40,561 bases of DNA from a virus (taxonomy: Duplodnaviria; Heunggongvirae; Uroviricota; Caudoviricetes), in the IMG/VR virus record IMGVR_UViG_2734482585_000012, one strand, 5' to 3'. The notes beneath the pieces were generated by a model, which saw only the letters and a list, made by a program, of their open reading frames with translations, did no database searches and had not been told where the DNA came from. This document shows positions 26,626-35,175 of the stretch, piece after piece (position 1 is the stretch's first letter; every line of letters begins with the position of its first letter). Both the position numbers and the translations under genes were made by a program.

Positions 26626-27627
26626 TTAGTAATCTGCGTGTTTCGCACTTTTCAGAAATGCTTTCATATTTTCATTAGGTCGCTCAATTTCGAAGTTACT
26701 TCCATATAACTCTTGTAATTTTGGCCATAACTTACTTAATAACCCTCTCCTGCGATAAAATGGATGTATCCAAACGGTAGATAGGTACGGAGAATTTGCA
26801 TTTGAATTGTTTATTGTGACCAGCCCAACTAAACATTGTCGATAACCACTATTATCCATTGATTGTATTTCTTCGACGAATGGATACGCGATTACATCAG
26901 TCCAACCATGATCGGTTGTATCCCATTGCATTCCGTCATGACATTCCTTCGACTGATAGCGGCGTAAAGCTACACACGCGAGCTTTTGCCAATCTGGAGA
27001 ATTAATTGTGATCTCTTCATCGTATGACGCGCCTATTGGAGCGGGTATTGGTCTGATTAATCCAGCATGGCATTCATCATAGAACTTCATGTTTCCCTCA
27101 GAAACGTTGTGTACGTTGGGTTGCTCCATGTGTGCGCCATTCAAAAATAGCTCTGATAGTAGTGTATCTACACTGTAATCTTTATTGATTATTGTCGGCT
27201 TAGAGTTTTTCTTATTAAGGCCGCGAGTAACGATTTTTTGATCAATGTTAACAACATGGAATAATCCGTCGGGGAGGCTAGCGAACCACGATGGGGCATC
27301 GGACCAGAATAGCATGCCTTTTGTACTTCTTAAGAGTTTAATTAAGTTAATACAAGCTTCTTCACTAGTCTTGCCGTTGATGCGAAGTATGTTAGGACTA
27401 AAGTAATATTCATCCATATCAGGGAATGCAGCTTCGCAAAACTCCTGTACATAATTTAGCACCTGGATTCTACAGAGATCATCATAGCTGGTAATAACTA
27501 AGGGGGTATCTTCATTACTATTATGATTATCAATAATGCAATCTATAGCGAGACTTACTGCTTTGCGTATCACTTCAGTTGAATCTAACGACTCTAAAAA
27601 TTTTGTCTTTCGTGTGCGAATATCCAT
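26626..27627 (-). CDS. Hypothetical protein B of unrecognised two-gene cassette (possible C-terminal GNAT-like region)
   Basis: 333-aa ORF, AT-rich, 15 bp downstream of protein A; C-terminus …CLVGLVTI…WIHPFYRRRGLLSKLWPKLQELYG loosely resembles an acetyltransferase motif A. Confidence 0.6.
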   Translation of the reverse strand: MDIRTRKTKFLESLDSTEVIRKAVSLAIDCIIDNHNSNEDTPLVITSYDDLCRIQVLNYVQEFCEAAFPDMDEYYFSPNILRINGKTSEEACINLIKLLRSTKGMLFWSDAPSWFASLPDGLFHVVNIDQKIVTRGLNKKNSKPTIINKDYSVDTLLSELFLNGAHMEQPNVHNVSEGNMKFYDECHAGLIRPIPAPIGASYDEEITINSPDWQKLACVALRRYQSKECHDGMQWDTTDHGWTDVIAYPFVEEIQSMDNSGYRQCLVGLVTINNSNANSPYLSTVWIHPFYRRRGLLSKLWPKLQELYGSNFEIERPNENMKAFLKSAKHADY

Positions 27628-27642
27628 GTATGACCTGCGCTA

Positions 27643-28665
27643 TTAAAATTCATGAATGAACGGTTTGTCATCTGGTTGCAAAATGGTGGTTTTATTCGTT
27701 GCTACATTTAAACTGTTGTAGAGCATAATTGCCAGGTTCGATGCATTTTCAATCAGCGTTTCAAGATCCTGGTCTGTAATCACTACGAGGTTCCCTTCTT
27801 TATCCTTTCCACCACGATGCACTAAGTGATTTCGATTGAGGGTTGCCAATTCAATAGCTTCTATCGGACAGTCTTTTTGTACTTTTATATCGAATGTAGC
27901 TTCATAGCGGTCGATTACCTTTTTAGTGCTATGCCAGCTTGCACTGATCAAGTGTTCCTTGATTGACCTGATTAGCTCTCCCCTAATTTTCTCGATGGGT
28001 TCACCCTTGAAAGGCAACGCAGCAATATCTTTGCTTACTTTAAATTCAGTCTTACCTTTTTCTATACAATTGGCTATGTAGACATCATCTTTCTCTATAG
28101 AATTAATGAATAGCTCAACATAAAGCGTTTCCAAAGCTGTAATAACATTCGTGTAGAGCAAACTAAGCAAGTGGTTTTTTTGCTGTTGTTCAGTTTTATC
28201 TTTTGCAAGTTTTTTTATTTTATCGATATTATCAATGAATTTTAAATACGGATTACCGGAAGACGTTACAGCGTCGTAGATATCATCATCGTACCAATCA
28301 TCTATATTATTTGAGTTTCCAGACCAGTCAAAACATTGTGTTTGTAATTCATCTACTAATTCCTCAATATACTCAGATTTAACATATTGACCGAAGATGG
28401 ATTGTAGTTCTTCGCTCGCATCATACGGCCCGCCATATATGTAAGCATAGCCACCTTCTCTACTTTCATACGGACAAGCATTTGCCGGATCTTCAAAGTT
28501 TTCAAAGAACCAGTTTTTCATTACTTCGAGTTGATCTTTTTTGCTTATGTATTTTAAAGATTTTAGTGGAACTTTCTTTCCATTAACCTCGAAAACAATT
28601 TTCACGATGTAACGCTCCCTTGTATCAATTGCGCAACTATTATACCACAGCGAAATACAGGGCAT
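27643..28665 (-). CDS. Hypothetical protein A of unrecognised two-gene cassette (candidate HEPN-like C-terminal motif)
   Basis: 340 aa from MPCISLWYN… with strong SD AAGGAGG; C-terminal …LATLNRNHLVHRGGKDKEGN… fits Rx4-6H with polar residue after R; AT-rich. Confidence 0.6.
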   Translation of the reverse strand: MPCISLWYNSCAIDTRERYIVKIVFEVNGKKVPLKSLKYISKKDQLEVMKNWFFENFEDPANACPYESREGGYAYIYGGPYDASEELQSIFGQYVKSEYIEELVDELQTQCFDWSGNSNNIDDWYDDDIYDAVTSSGNPYLKFIDNIDKIKKLAKDKTEQQQKNHLLSLLYTNVITALETLYVELFINSIEKDDVYIANCIEKGKTEFKVSKDIAALPFKGEPIEKIRGELIRSIKEHLISASWHSTKKVIDRYEATFDIKVQKDCPIEAIELATLNRNHLVHRGGKDKEGNLVVITDQDLETLIENASNLAIMLYNSLNVATNKTTILQPDDKPFIHEF

Positions 28666-28803
28666 AACCTGCCTCCTTAAACTAACATACCATGAGCCAG
28701 CAATGTCCGCTATTGGCACAAAGCGGACAACCACGCTAGCTCTCCCCTGTGCCAGAAAAATGTCAATTTACATATGAACTAATGCTCTTTGATCTAGTAA
28801 CGT

Positions 28804-29220
28804 CTATAAATACCGAAGATTTCCTTGATAAAATGCCAGTACACGTTTCATAACTTCACTCTTCCGGCACTCGCGACAGATTATGTTCTGACGCCTGTCA
28901 TAGCGGCGTATTTCTCCGTCTGGTAATGACCAGATAAGGTCAGGATCAACCACAACCGTTTTTTTCACCTTTGCCCTGGATAGTTTTTTGCGGGCGTTTT
29001 TCCAATCCTTACGAGCCTGTTCAGACGGGAATAACCCATAGCCAGAGTTGTATACATCGCCACTGGCAACCAACTCTCTGGCAAGAATGCTCATCAGATA
29101 TCTTGTCGCACCTGTCTTGGCCTCCAGTTGCCTTAACGTCTCGCGCCCACTCTGGCGTACCAACTCAACAACCTGCTCCTTAATTTTTTCACGCTCTTCC
29201 TGTGTAAAAACTTTTGCCAT
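28804..29220 (-). CDS. Hypothetical phage protein (139 aa)
   Basis: SD GGAGG before MAKVFTQEEREK…; basic C-terminus with CRECRK; downstream of replication module. Confidence 0.55.
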   Translation of the reverse strand: MAKVFTQEEREKIKEQVVELVRQSGRETLRQLEAKTGATRYLMSILARELVASGDVYNSGYGLFPSEQARKDWKNARKKLSRAKVKKTVVVDPDLIWSLPDGEIRRYDRRQNIICRECRKSEVMKRVLAFYQGNLRYL

Positions 29221-29235
29221 AAGCGCCTCCGGCAA

Positions 29236-29997
29236 TCACTTTTCCGACACAATACGACTGGAGGAATCGACAATCTGTCGGACAATATCCCGGTGCTTGT
29301 TCAGCTCCCGCAGCGCGGCGCAGACTCGCTCCCACTTCTGGACATGATTTTTCGCCCGACGCAGTTCGCGGTTTGCCATATGCAGCGATGGTAAAACTAG
29401 GTCATCCGCTTGCGTTTCAGTAAACGATGGCAGCGACTGCACAATGTCCGCCACAGTTTCTGTTTTAATATCTTCCTGTGTTGCCGCTTCCTGTACTGGT
29501 AACGCAACACCGGCTGGCTGAGGAAAGGCTTTACCATCAGTTTCCGCTACCGATGCAGCTTTCGGCTCTGCTGGTAAATTATCGCCCGGCATGCAGTAAC
29601 GAAATTTACTGTTCTGGTTTACGCGAATCAGGCGTCCTTTGCTGATTGCCATTGCCAGCGTTGAAGCAACTTTGCGGGATGTTGTACCGAACAGCGTAGC
29701 CAGTTCATCCGCCGTTTGTGGTCCGCGTTGTTCAATCGTCGCGGTTAAATCGCACTCTGAGATTTTCACTACAGTTGCCGTGGTGGTTTCTTCCGGCAGT
29801 TCTGCCTGCATTGGCTGTTCCTGCTGAACGTTGTTATCAGCCACACGCCAGGTGTACGCGCTTTTATCAACGAAACCAGCTTTTTTCAGTTCCCATAGTT
29901 CGTTCAGCACTTCTTCACGACTGATATCAAGTCGCGCAGCAAGTTCTATGGATGTGGCTTTTCCCATTGCTTTCAGTGCGTCAAAAACAGTCTCCAT
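29236..29997 (-). CDS. Conserved phage protein with N-terminal winged-HTH-like region (ydaW-region equivalent)
   Basis: 253 aa from [12 protein letters not shown]… with SD GGGAGGAAAT; follows the DnaC-like gene. Confidence 0.55.
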   Translation of the reverse strand: METVFDALKAMGKATSIELAARLDISREEVLNELWELKKAGFVDKSAYTWRVADNNVQQEQPMQAELPEETTTATVVKISECDLTATIEQRGPQTADELATLFGTTSRKVASTLAMAISKGRLIRVNQNSKFRYCMPGDNLPAEPKAASVAETDGKAFPQPAGVALPVQEAATQEDIKTETVADIVQSLPSFTETQADDLVLPSLHMANRELRRAKNHVQKWERVCAALRELNKHRDIVRQIVDSSSRIVSEK

Positions 29998-30019
29998 AAA
30001 AATTTCCTCCCGGTAAAAA

Positions 30020-30766
30020 TTACTTCTCAATTCCTGGCTGGACGACATTCGGACGCCAGCTCTCCCAGTTAAAATTCACCCATCGCCCGCCGTTCATGGT
30101 CATGCGATCCATAATCCGCTCGCCGAGCAATGTTTTCATGGCCTCATAGTTCAGGTTTGTCAGCATCCCCACGCTGCGCATCGACGCTGTCCGGCGATCA
30201 ACAATCTGGTGCAGCACCACCTGCTCGTTTTTCGTCTCGCGCTGAATGCCAATTTCATCAAGAACCAGCAGATCCACTTCGCACAGCTCCCGCAAAAATT
30301 TTTCGCCTGACTGCCCGTCGTCATAGCTGGCGTGCAGGGCGCTCATAACATCAGCCACGGTAACCACAATCACTGTCTGACCGTCTTTCAGCAGGCGATT
30401 CCCGATAGCTGCCGCTAAGTGGTTCTTCCCGGTACCAGGTTTTCCGCTGAACGCAAAATTTGTACACCCGGTCATCAGTTCATCAGCGATGGATTTCGCC
30501 TGACTCAACGCGTATCGCTGCGCTTCGTTCTGCACCTGGTAATTCGAAAACGAGCATTTGCGGTGCAATGGCTGGATGCCAGAGCGATTCAGAATTTTTT
30601 CCACCCGCAACTGACGATTCTGACGGTTGATCTCCTCACAACGTTTCTGGCCTTCGGAAAGTTGCCACTCGCGCCACTCCGCTACCGTCTTGAATGGCGC
30701 GGTTACATGTGACGGGGCCAGTCTGCGGATACGTTCAAGAACGTCGCCTGTCGCAATATTTTTCAT
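30020..30766 (-). CDS. ydaV: DnaC-like replication helicase loader (YdaV-like)
   Basis: 248 aa; Walker [16 protein letters not shown] and Walker [10 protein letters not shown]; position after ydaU-like gene. Confidence 0.85.
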   Translation of the reverse strand: MKNIATGDVLERIRRLAPSHVTAPFKTVAEWREWQLSEGQKRCEEINRQNRQLRVEKILNRSGIQPLHRKCSFSNYQVQNEAQRYALSQAKSIADELMTGCTNFAFSGKPGTGKNHLAAAIGNRLLKDGQTVIVVTVADVMSALHASYDDGQSGEKFLRELCEVDLLVLDEIGIQRETKNEQVVLHQIVDRRTASMRSVGMLTNLNYEAMKTLLGERIMDRMTMNGGRWVNFNWESWRPNVVQPGIEK

Positions 30767-30772
30767 GGTCAG

Positions 30773-31630
30773 TTACCCCCTGAAGCCTGGCGGGATCGCA
30801 CTATCCGGTAACGAGACGGTGTTAACCTGTCGGAGTAACGTCTCAGGTCGAACACCTTTCGGCGCGAACAAGCCCTGGTATTCATTGGCGATGCTGTGTC
30901 GAATCACCTGCTCAGGTGAAAAACCCTGCTGGCGGAATTTTTCCAGCTCCCGTATCGCCCCGTTAGCGCCCTGCTCCGTTCGAATCGGTTTTCGCAATGC
31001 CTGGCGAAATTCAACCCACTCACGCCAAAGCGAGACAGAAATCCAGTTCGGCAAAGCAATATCCAGAGGGTCAAACTTTTTGACACCTCGATTCCCCCGG
31101 GGGGGATTTAGGGGGGGATCTGTTTTTAGATCTTTATCTGTATCTTTATTAGTTGCCTTTGTGTTGACATCATGTTCAAACACCACTTCAACATCTGTTT
31201 GAACACCTGTTAAATTTCTCTCTTGTTTTGTTTGAACATCTGCTTCCTTTCTGCTTCTTCTGGCCTGAACAGATGCTTTTCCTGCGGCTGATTTTTTGGT
31301 TAATTTTTCCCTGACTGATGCCAGATCTTCCTCAATCCGAAGATGCACCCATTCCTCGCCGTTATCGCAAAAAAACTCCTGCAAGGATGGTTCAACATCA
31401 GCCCATCGCTCGTTAGTCAGACGGGCAATTTTTGCCAGCCTGTTTTTAGGTATTGGCTTTCCTGTTTGCCAGTAATTGAACATCAGCAACAAATACGCAC
31501 CATGCTCCTCTGCTGACAAATGCATGGTGTCAGCCAGGTAATCAGCTATGTACAGTTGCATGTATGGTAATGCGGCCATAATTGCCCCGTATGATGCTGC
31601 CCGGTGGCTTAGAATAAGCACAAACAGCAT
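30773..31630 (-). CDS. ydaU: Replication initiation-associated protein (YdaU-like, DUF1376)
   Basis: 285 aa, same length as K-12 YdaU; position between ydaT and the DnaC-like gene. Confidence 0.65.
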   Translation of the reverse strand: MLFVLILSHRAASYGAIMAALPYMQLYIADYLADTMHLSAEEHGAYLLLMFNYWQTGKPIPKNRLAKIARLTNERWADVEPSLQEFFCDNGEEWVHLRIEEDLASVREKLTKKSAAGKASVQARRSRKEADVQTKQERNLTGVQTDVEVVFEHDVNTKATNKDTDKDLKTDPPLNPPRGNRGVKKFDPLDIALPNWISVSLWREWVEFRQALRKPIRTEQGANGAIRELEKFRQQGFSPEQVIRHSIANEYQGLFAPKGVRPETLLRQVNTVSLPDSAIPPGFRG

Positions 31631-31642
31631 GGAAACTTTTGC

Positions 31643-32065
31643 TTAATGAACAATGACAGAATCGTCGGAAGACCCGCCGCCGCTGAAATGCGCTTTCCGG
31701 TAAACGGCTTGGACTGCATCATCATGCGCATCAATTGCCGTACTTAACGCTTCCTGCGCCGCCAGTAATGCACGGCGTTCCAGGGTATCGAAGATGCAGA
31801 GTCGGTGACGCAGCTCGCGCGGAAGGATTGCCAGAATTGCTGGGATCAGCTTCTGAATTTTTTCTCTTTGCGTTTTCGTTTCACCTTTCAACCAACGGTG
31901 ATAGATATTCTGCTGATTATTCCAGTCCTTGCCTGGTACCAGGGGCAATTCGCCGCCCCCCTGGCGCAGATATTCTTCAGTAATGGCATTGGCTACCCAT
32001 GCCTGCCCTTTTTCGGCTGCCAGGGCTAACAACACTGACTCGATGTGCTCATGCTTGATTTTCAT
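31643..32065 (-). CDS. ydaT: YdaT-like protein (toxic when derepressed in K-12 Rac)
   Basis: 140 aa, same length and position as Rac ydaT; ATGA-coupled to ydaS. Confidence 0.65.
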   Translation of the reverse strand: MKIKHEHIESVLLALAAEKGQAWVANAITEEYLRQGGGELPLVPGKDWNNQQNIYHRWLKGETKTQREKIQKLIPAILAILPRELRHRLCIFDTLERRALLAAQEALSTAIDAHDDAVQAVYRKAHFSGGGSSDDSVIVH

Positions 32066-32316
32066 GAATCAACTCCCATCAGCTTTTTCGTAGTAGTTTT
32101 ATTTCTGCCAATAGTTAAAATTACATCAGCAGAAAATAATCCGTTTGATGCATGAGCGATTTTTTCAGCGTAATTTGTTTCGCCGGTATATTCTGTGCGA
32201 GGCAATTTTCCGTTATCCATCCATTTGTAGATTGCTCTTTGGCTGACACCACAAACGTCGGCCACAACAGAAACGCGAACAGTTTTGATTACATCTTCAA
32301 GTGTTTTCTGGTTCAT
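32062..32316 (-). CDS. ydaS: Cro-like HTH protein YdaS
   Basis: 84 aa from MNQKTLEDVIK… with SD GAGGGTG; HTH segment VADVCGVSQRAIYKWM; divergent from racR. The longer ORF-track start would overlap racR. Confidence 0.65.
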   Translation of the reverse strand: MNQKTLEDVIKTVRVSVVADVCGVSQRAIYKWMDNGKLPRTEYTGETNYAEKIAHASNGLFSADVILTIGRNKTTTKKLMGVDS

Positions 32317-32395
32317 ATCACCCTCACAATGTGAACTTTGAGTACATGCTATAACAGAACTGACAGTACATTCAAGAGTGAATATCATTGAACTT
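32317..32395. promoter_or_regulatory. Divergent racR / ydaS promoter-operator region
   Basis: About 80-bp intergenic between divergent repressor-like genes with repeated TGAACT / GTACAT elements; inferred by analogy with lambdoid immunity regions. Confidence 0.35.
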
Positions 32396-32815
32396 ATGGT
32401 TCATGAAGATAAAGCGCGTAAAGAGTTCGCCAGTAGGCTTGCGCTAGCCTGTGAAAACGCTGGTTATGAACAACATGGAAGGCAGGCAGAAATTGCCCGT
32501 CGAATGAAATTAACACCAAAAGCGGTTAGCAAATGGTTTAATGGCGAAACAATTCCTCGCCGAGAGAAATTAAGGGAATTAGCAACACTCATTGGAACAA
32601 CACCAACCTATCTTTTGGGAGAGGATACAGAAGAAAGTGGACAGGTACGTTTCTATCAGGAGTTAAATCCAAGACAAAAAATCATCATTGACCTTCTGGA
32701 CGAGCTCCCTGACAGTGAGACAGATGAACTTTTAAAAACTCTTGAGGAGAAAAAACAGAAGTACAATGCAATTTACGAAGAGCTAGCACGAAAGAAAAAA
32801 CAAAAAGCCTCTTAA
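32396..32815 (+). CDS. racR: Prophage repressor RacR (XRE-family HTH)
   Basis: ORF 32378..32815 (GTG) or ATG at 32396; HTH GRQAEIARRMKLTPKAVSKWFNGE; position divergent from ydaS/ydaT. Confidence 0.75.
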   Translation: MVHEDKARKEFASRLALACENAGYEQHGRQAEIARRMKLTPKAVSKWFNGETIPRREKLRELATLIGTTPTYLLGEDTEESGQVRFYQELNPRQKIIIDLLDELPDSETDELLKTLEEKKQKYNAIYEELARKKKQKAS

Positions 32816-33105
32816 ACCAGCATAAATCCGGTAGCGTCCCCCTCCGGGTTTGTGCTTCACTTTATCCCATCTCATTTTTTTACACACAAAATGTACTTAT
32901 AGTACTTTACATCAATGAACACAAAGTACATTATATACCTACCAACCCACCCCGCCCCACAGAACGCAGGGCAATACTTCGAGTTACCAGGCAGTGGTCA
33001 GGGGTTAAGTAGCCAGCCCGAGGCGTATGAACATGACGGCAGGGTTCAGATTTTGCAGTGCAGCAGGTTTCAGTTCCGCCACCCGGCGTTAAGGGGAGAG
33101 ATAAG

Positions 33106-33240
33106 ATGGTGCATTACGAAGTAGTTCAGTATTTGATGGATTGTTGCGGTATCACTTACAACCAGGCTGTGCAGGCTTTACGCAGCAACGACTGGGATCT
33201 CTGGCAGGCAGAAGTCGCTATACACAGCAACAAGATGTGA
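33106..33240 (+). CDS. ydaG: YdaG-like small protein (44 aa)
   Basis: SD AAGGGGAG before ATG; MVHYEVVQYLMDCCGITYNQAVQALRSNDWDLWQAEVAIHSNKM. Confidence 0.5.
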   Translation: MVHYEVVQYLMDCCGITYNQAVQALRSNDWDLWQAEVAIHSNKM

Positions 33241-33250
33241 GATTCGCAAA

Positions 33251-33406
33251 ATGCAAAAAATCGACCTCGGCAACAACGAATCCCTGGTGTGCGGCGTGTT
33301 CCCCAACCAGGATGGAACGTTCACTGCCATGACGTATACCAAAAGCAAAACATTTAAAACCGAAACTGGTGCGCGCCGATGGTTGGAGAAGCACACAGTA
33401 AGCTAA
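33251..33406 (+). CDS. ydaF: YdaF-like small protein (51 aa)
   Basis: ATG at 33251; MQKIDLGNNESLVCGVFPNQDGTFTAMTYTKSKTFKTETGARRWLEKHTVS; weak SD. Confidence 0.4.
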   Translation: MQKIDLGNNESLVCGVFPNQDGTFTAMTYTKSKTFKTETGARRWLEKHTVS

Positions 33407-33891
33407 CGATTAAAACGTCTACTCCTGCTGTTCCAGAATAACTTCATAAAATGGGAGTATTTTTCGGTGACGAGATAATAAGAACAGTTTGCGCTATCAC
33501 TCTGATGTTGAATGATGCCCTTCCGTTCTAATTTTTTCATAACCGGGTTACGGCAAGGAGAAGTGATAATAAGATTTCCTGTTTTAAGGAAATCTTTAAA
33601 TACAGCGATTTCTTTCTCAGATAAACGAAGCAATACTCGTTGCTCTGGTAGTAATGAATAATGCTTTTGAATATGTGCTCGCAATCTTGAGAAGGAAATG
33701 GCGACCACGAAAGAAAAGGCAAAAACGATAATCTGAAAGAGCCAAGGTATTTCAGTATAAGCATTGAATGCGACAGTAAACTCTTTCGGTATCAGCCAGA
33801 GAGTGAGACCAAAAATGATAATCGTATACATAAGTATTTCGAGTGGCTCGTTAGCAAAAAGTTTCAACAATGGAGTAAATACATCCAACAT
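33403..33891 (-). CDS. sieB: Superinfection exclusion protein B
   Basis: 162 aa from MLDVFTPLLKLF… with two TM segments; same length and position as Rac SieB. Confidence 0.8.
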   Translation of the reverse strand: MLDVFTPLLKLFANEPLEILMYTIIIFGLTLWLIPKEFTVAFNAYTEIPWLFQIIVFAFSFVVAISFSRLRAHIQKHYSLLPEQRVLLRLSEKEIAVFKDFLKTGNLIITSPCRNPVMKKLERKGIIQHQSDSANCSYYLVTEKYSHFMKLFWNSRSRRFNR

Positions 33892-34332
33892 ATCAATAAC
33901 TCTCAACTGTAAGGGTATTGAAATGTTAACACAAGCTCTCGCTGTAGGGGTATAGCCGAGACCACCGAAGCCCGGAGGTGGTGAAATAAAACCGGGCACA
34001 ACACGAAGGCGCATTTCCGATATCCATAAAGAGTCGGTCTTGTCTGTTAAATTTAAATGGTGGGAGTGCGCCTCCGGTTGTAAATAACGACATTGCTGTG
34101 TGTAGTCCTGGCGGCATCAGTTTTTTTCTTGAAGTTCGGCTGATGTCCGCCCTTTTTAAAGTGAATTTTGTGATGCGGTGAATGCGGCTAAGCGCACGTG
34201 GCACAGTTAAAAGTCATGTTAGTCCTTATTGGTTTGGGTGGGAAAGCCGACTGTAATTGTTAACTGGTTGCAGTCACCTGGAGGCACCAGGCACCGCATC
34301 AACAAAGTTCATTTGTAAAAATGGAGATAATT

Positions 34333-34554
34333 ATGATTGCACATCACTTCGGAACTGATGAAATACCACGTCAGTGTGTGACTCCTGGCGATTATGTTCT
34401 TCATGAAGGCCGGACATATATTGCCTCGGCAAACAATATTAAAAAGCGAAAACTATATATTCGTAACCTGACCACAAAAACATGCATTACTGACCGCATG
34501 ATTAAAGTCTTCCTCGGTCGTGATGGTTTACCTGTAAAGGCGGAGTCATGGTGA
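34333..34554 (+). CDS. kilR: Cell-division inhibitor KilR
   Basis: 73 aa [46 protein letters not shown]… recognised as Rac KilR. Confidence 0.85.
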   Translation: MIAHHFGTDEIPRQCVTPGDYVLHEGRTYIASANNIKKRKLYIRNLTTKTCITDRMIKVFLGRDGLPVKAESW

Positions 34555-34724
34555 TGACTAAGAAAATAAAATGTGCTTACCACCTTTGCAAAAAAGACGT
34601 TGAAGAAAGCAAAGCTATTGAAAGAATGCTTCACTTCATGCACGGGATTTTATCAAAAGACGAACCGAGAAAATATTGCAGTGAAGCTTGTGCCGAAAAA
34701 GACCAGATGGCACATGAACTTTAA
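34554..34724 (+). CDS. ydaE: YdaE-like small Cys-rich (zinc-binding) protein
   Basis: 56 aa [14 protein letters not shown]…KYCSEACAEKDQMAHEL; start overlaps kilR stop. Confidence 0.6.
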   Translation: MTKKIKCAYHLCKKDVEESKAIERMLHFMHGILSKDEPRKYCSEACAEKDQMAHEL

Positions 34725-34798
34725 TTAATTGACTATTCGAAACTGAATTTATGCCAGAAATGGCAGGTATTCGCTCAACCTTAATTAAGGAGAAAAAC

Positions 34799-35074
34799 AT
34801 GATTACCAATTATGAAGCCACTGTTGTAACTACCGATGACATTGTTCACGAGGTGAATCTGGAAGGAAAGCGCATTGGCTACGTAATTAAAACAGAAAAT
34901 AAAGAAACCCCATTCACTGTGGTTGATATCGATGGTCCATCAGGCAACGTAAAAACACTTGATGAAGGTGTCAAAAAAATGTGCCTGGTGCATATCGGAA
35001 AGAATCTGCCCGCAGAAAAAAAAGCCGAATTTCTGGCAACTCTAATTGCAATGAAATTAAAAGGTGAAATCTGA
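34799..35074 (+). CDS. racC: RacC protein
   Basis: 91 aa from MITNYEATVV… with SD AAGGAG; position before recE. Confidence 0.65.
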   Translation: MITNYEATVVTTDDIVHEVNLEGKRIGYVIKTENKETPFTVVDIDGPSGNVKTLDEGVKKMCLVHIGKNLPAEKKAEFLATLIAMKLKGEI

Positions 35075-35175
35075 AAGAAATAGCCTGCGTATGGCGCAGG
35101 CTATGAACAGTGTGTATCCGGCAAGATCATTCACTGAACAAAACGAATTTTAATCTGAGTTGAGGTTAAAAAACA

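Noticed and set aside
32915-33124. 69-aa plus-strand ORF between racR and ydaG
   Set aside because: Overlaps the inverted-repeat promoter-like region and the ydaG start in another frame; no SD; the ydaG frame has a far better SD.
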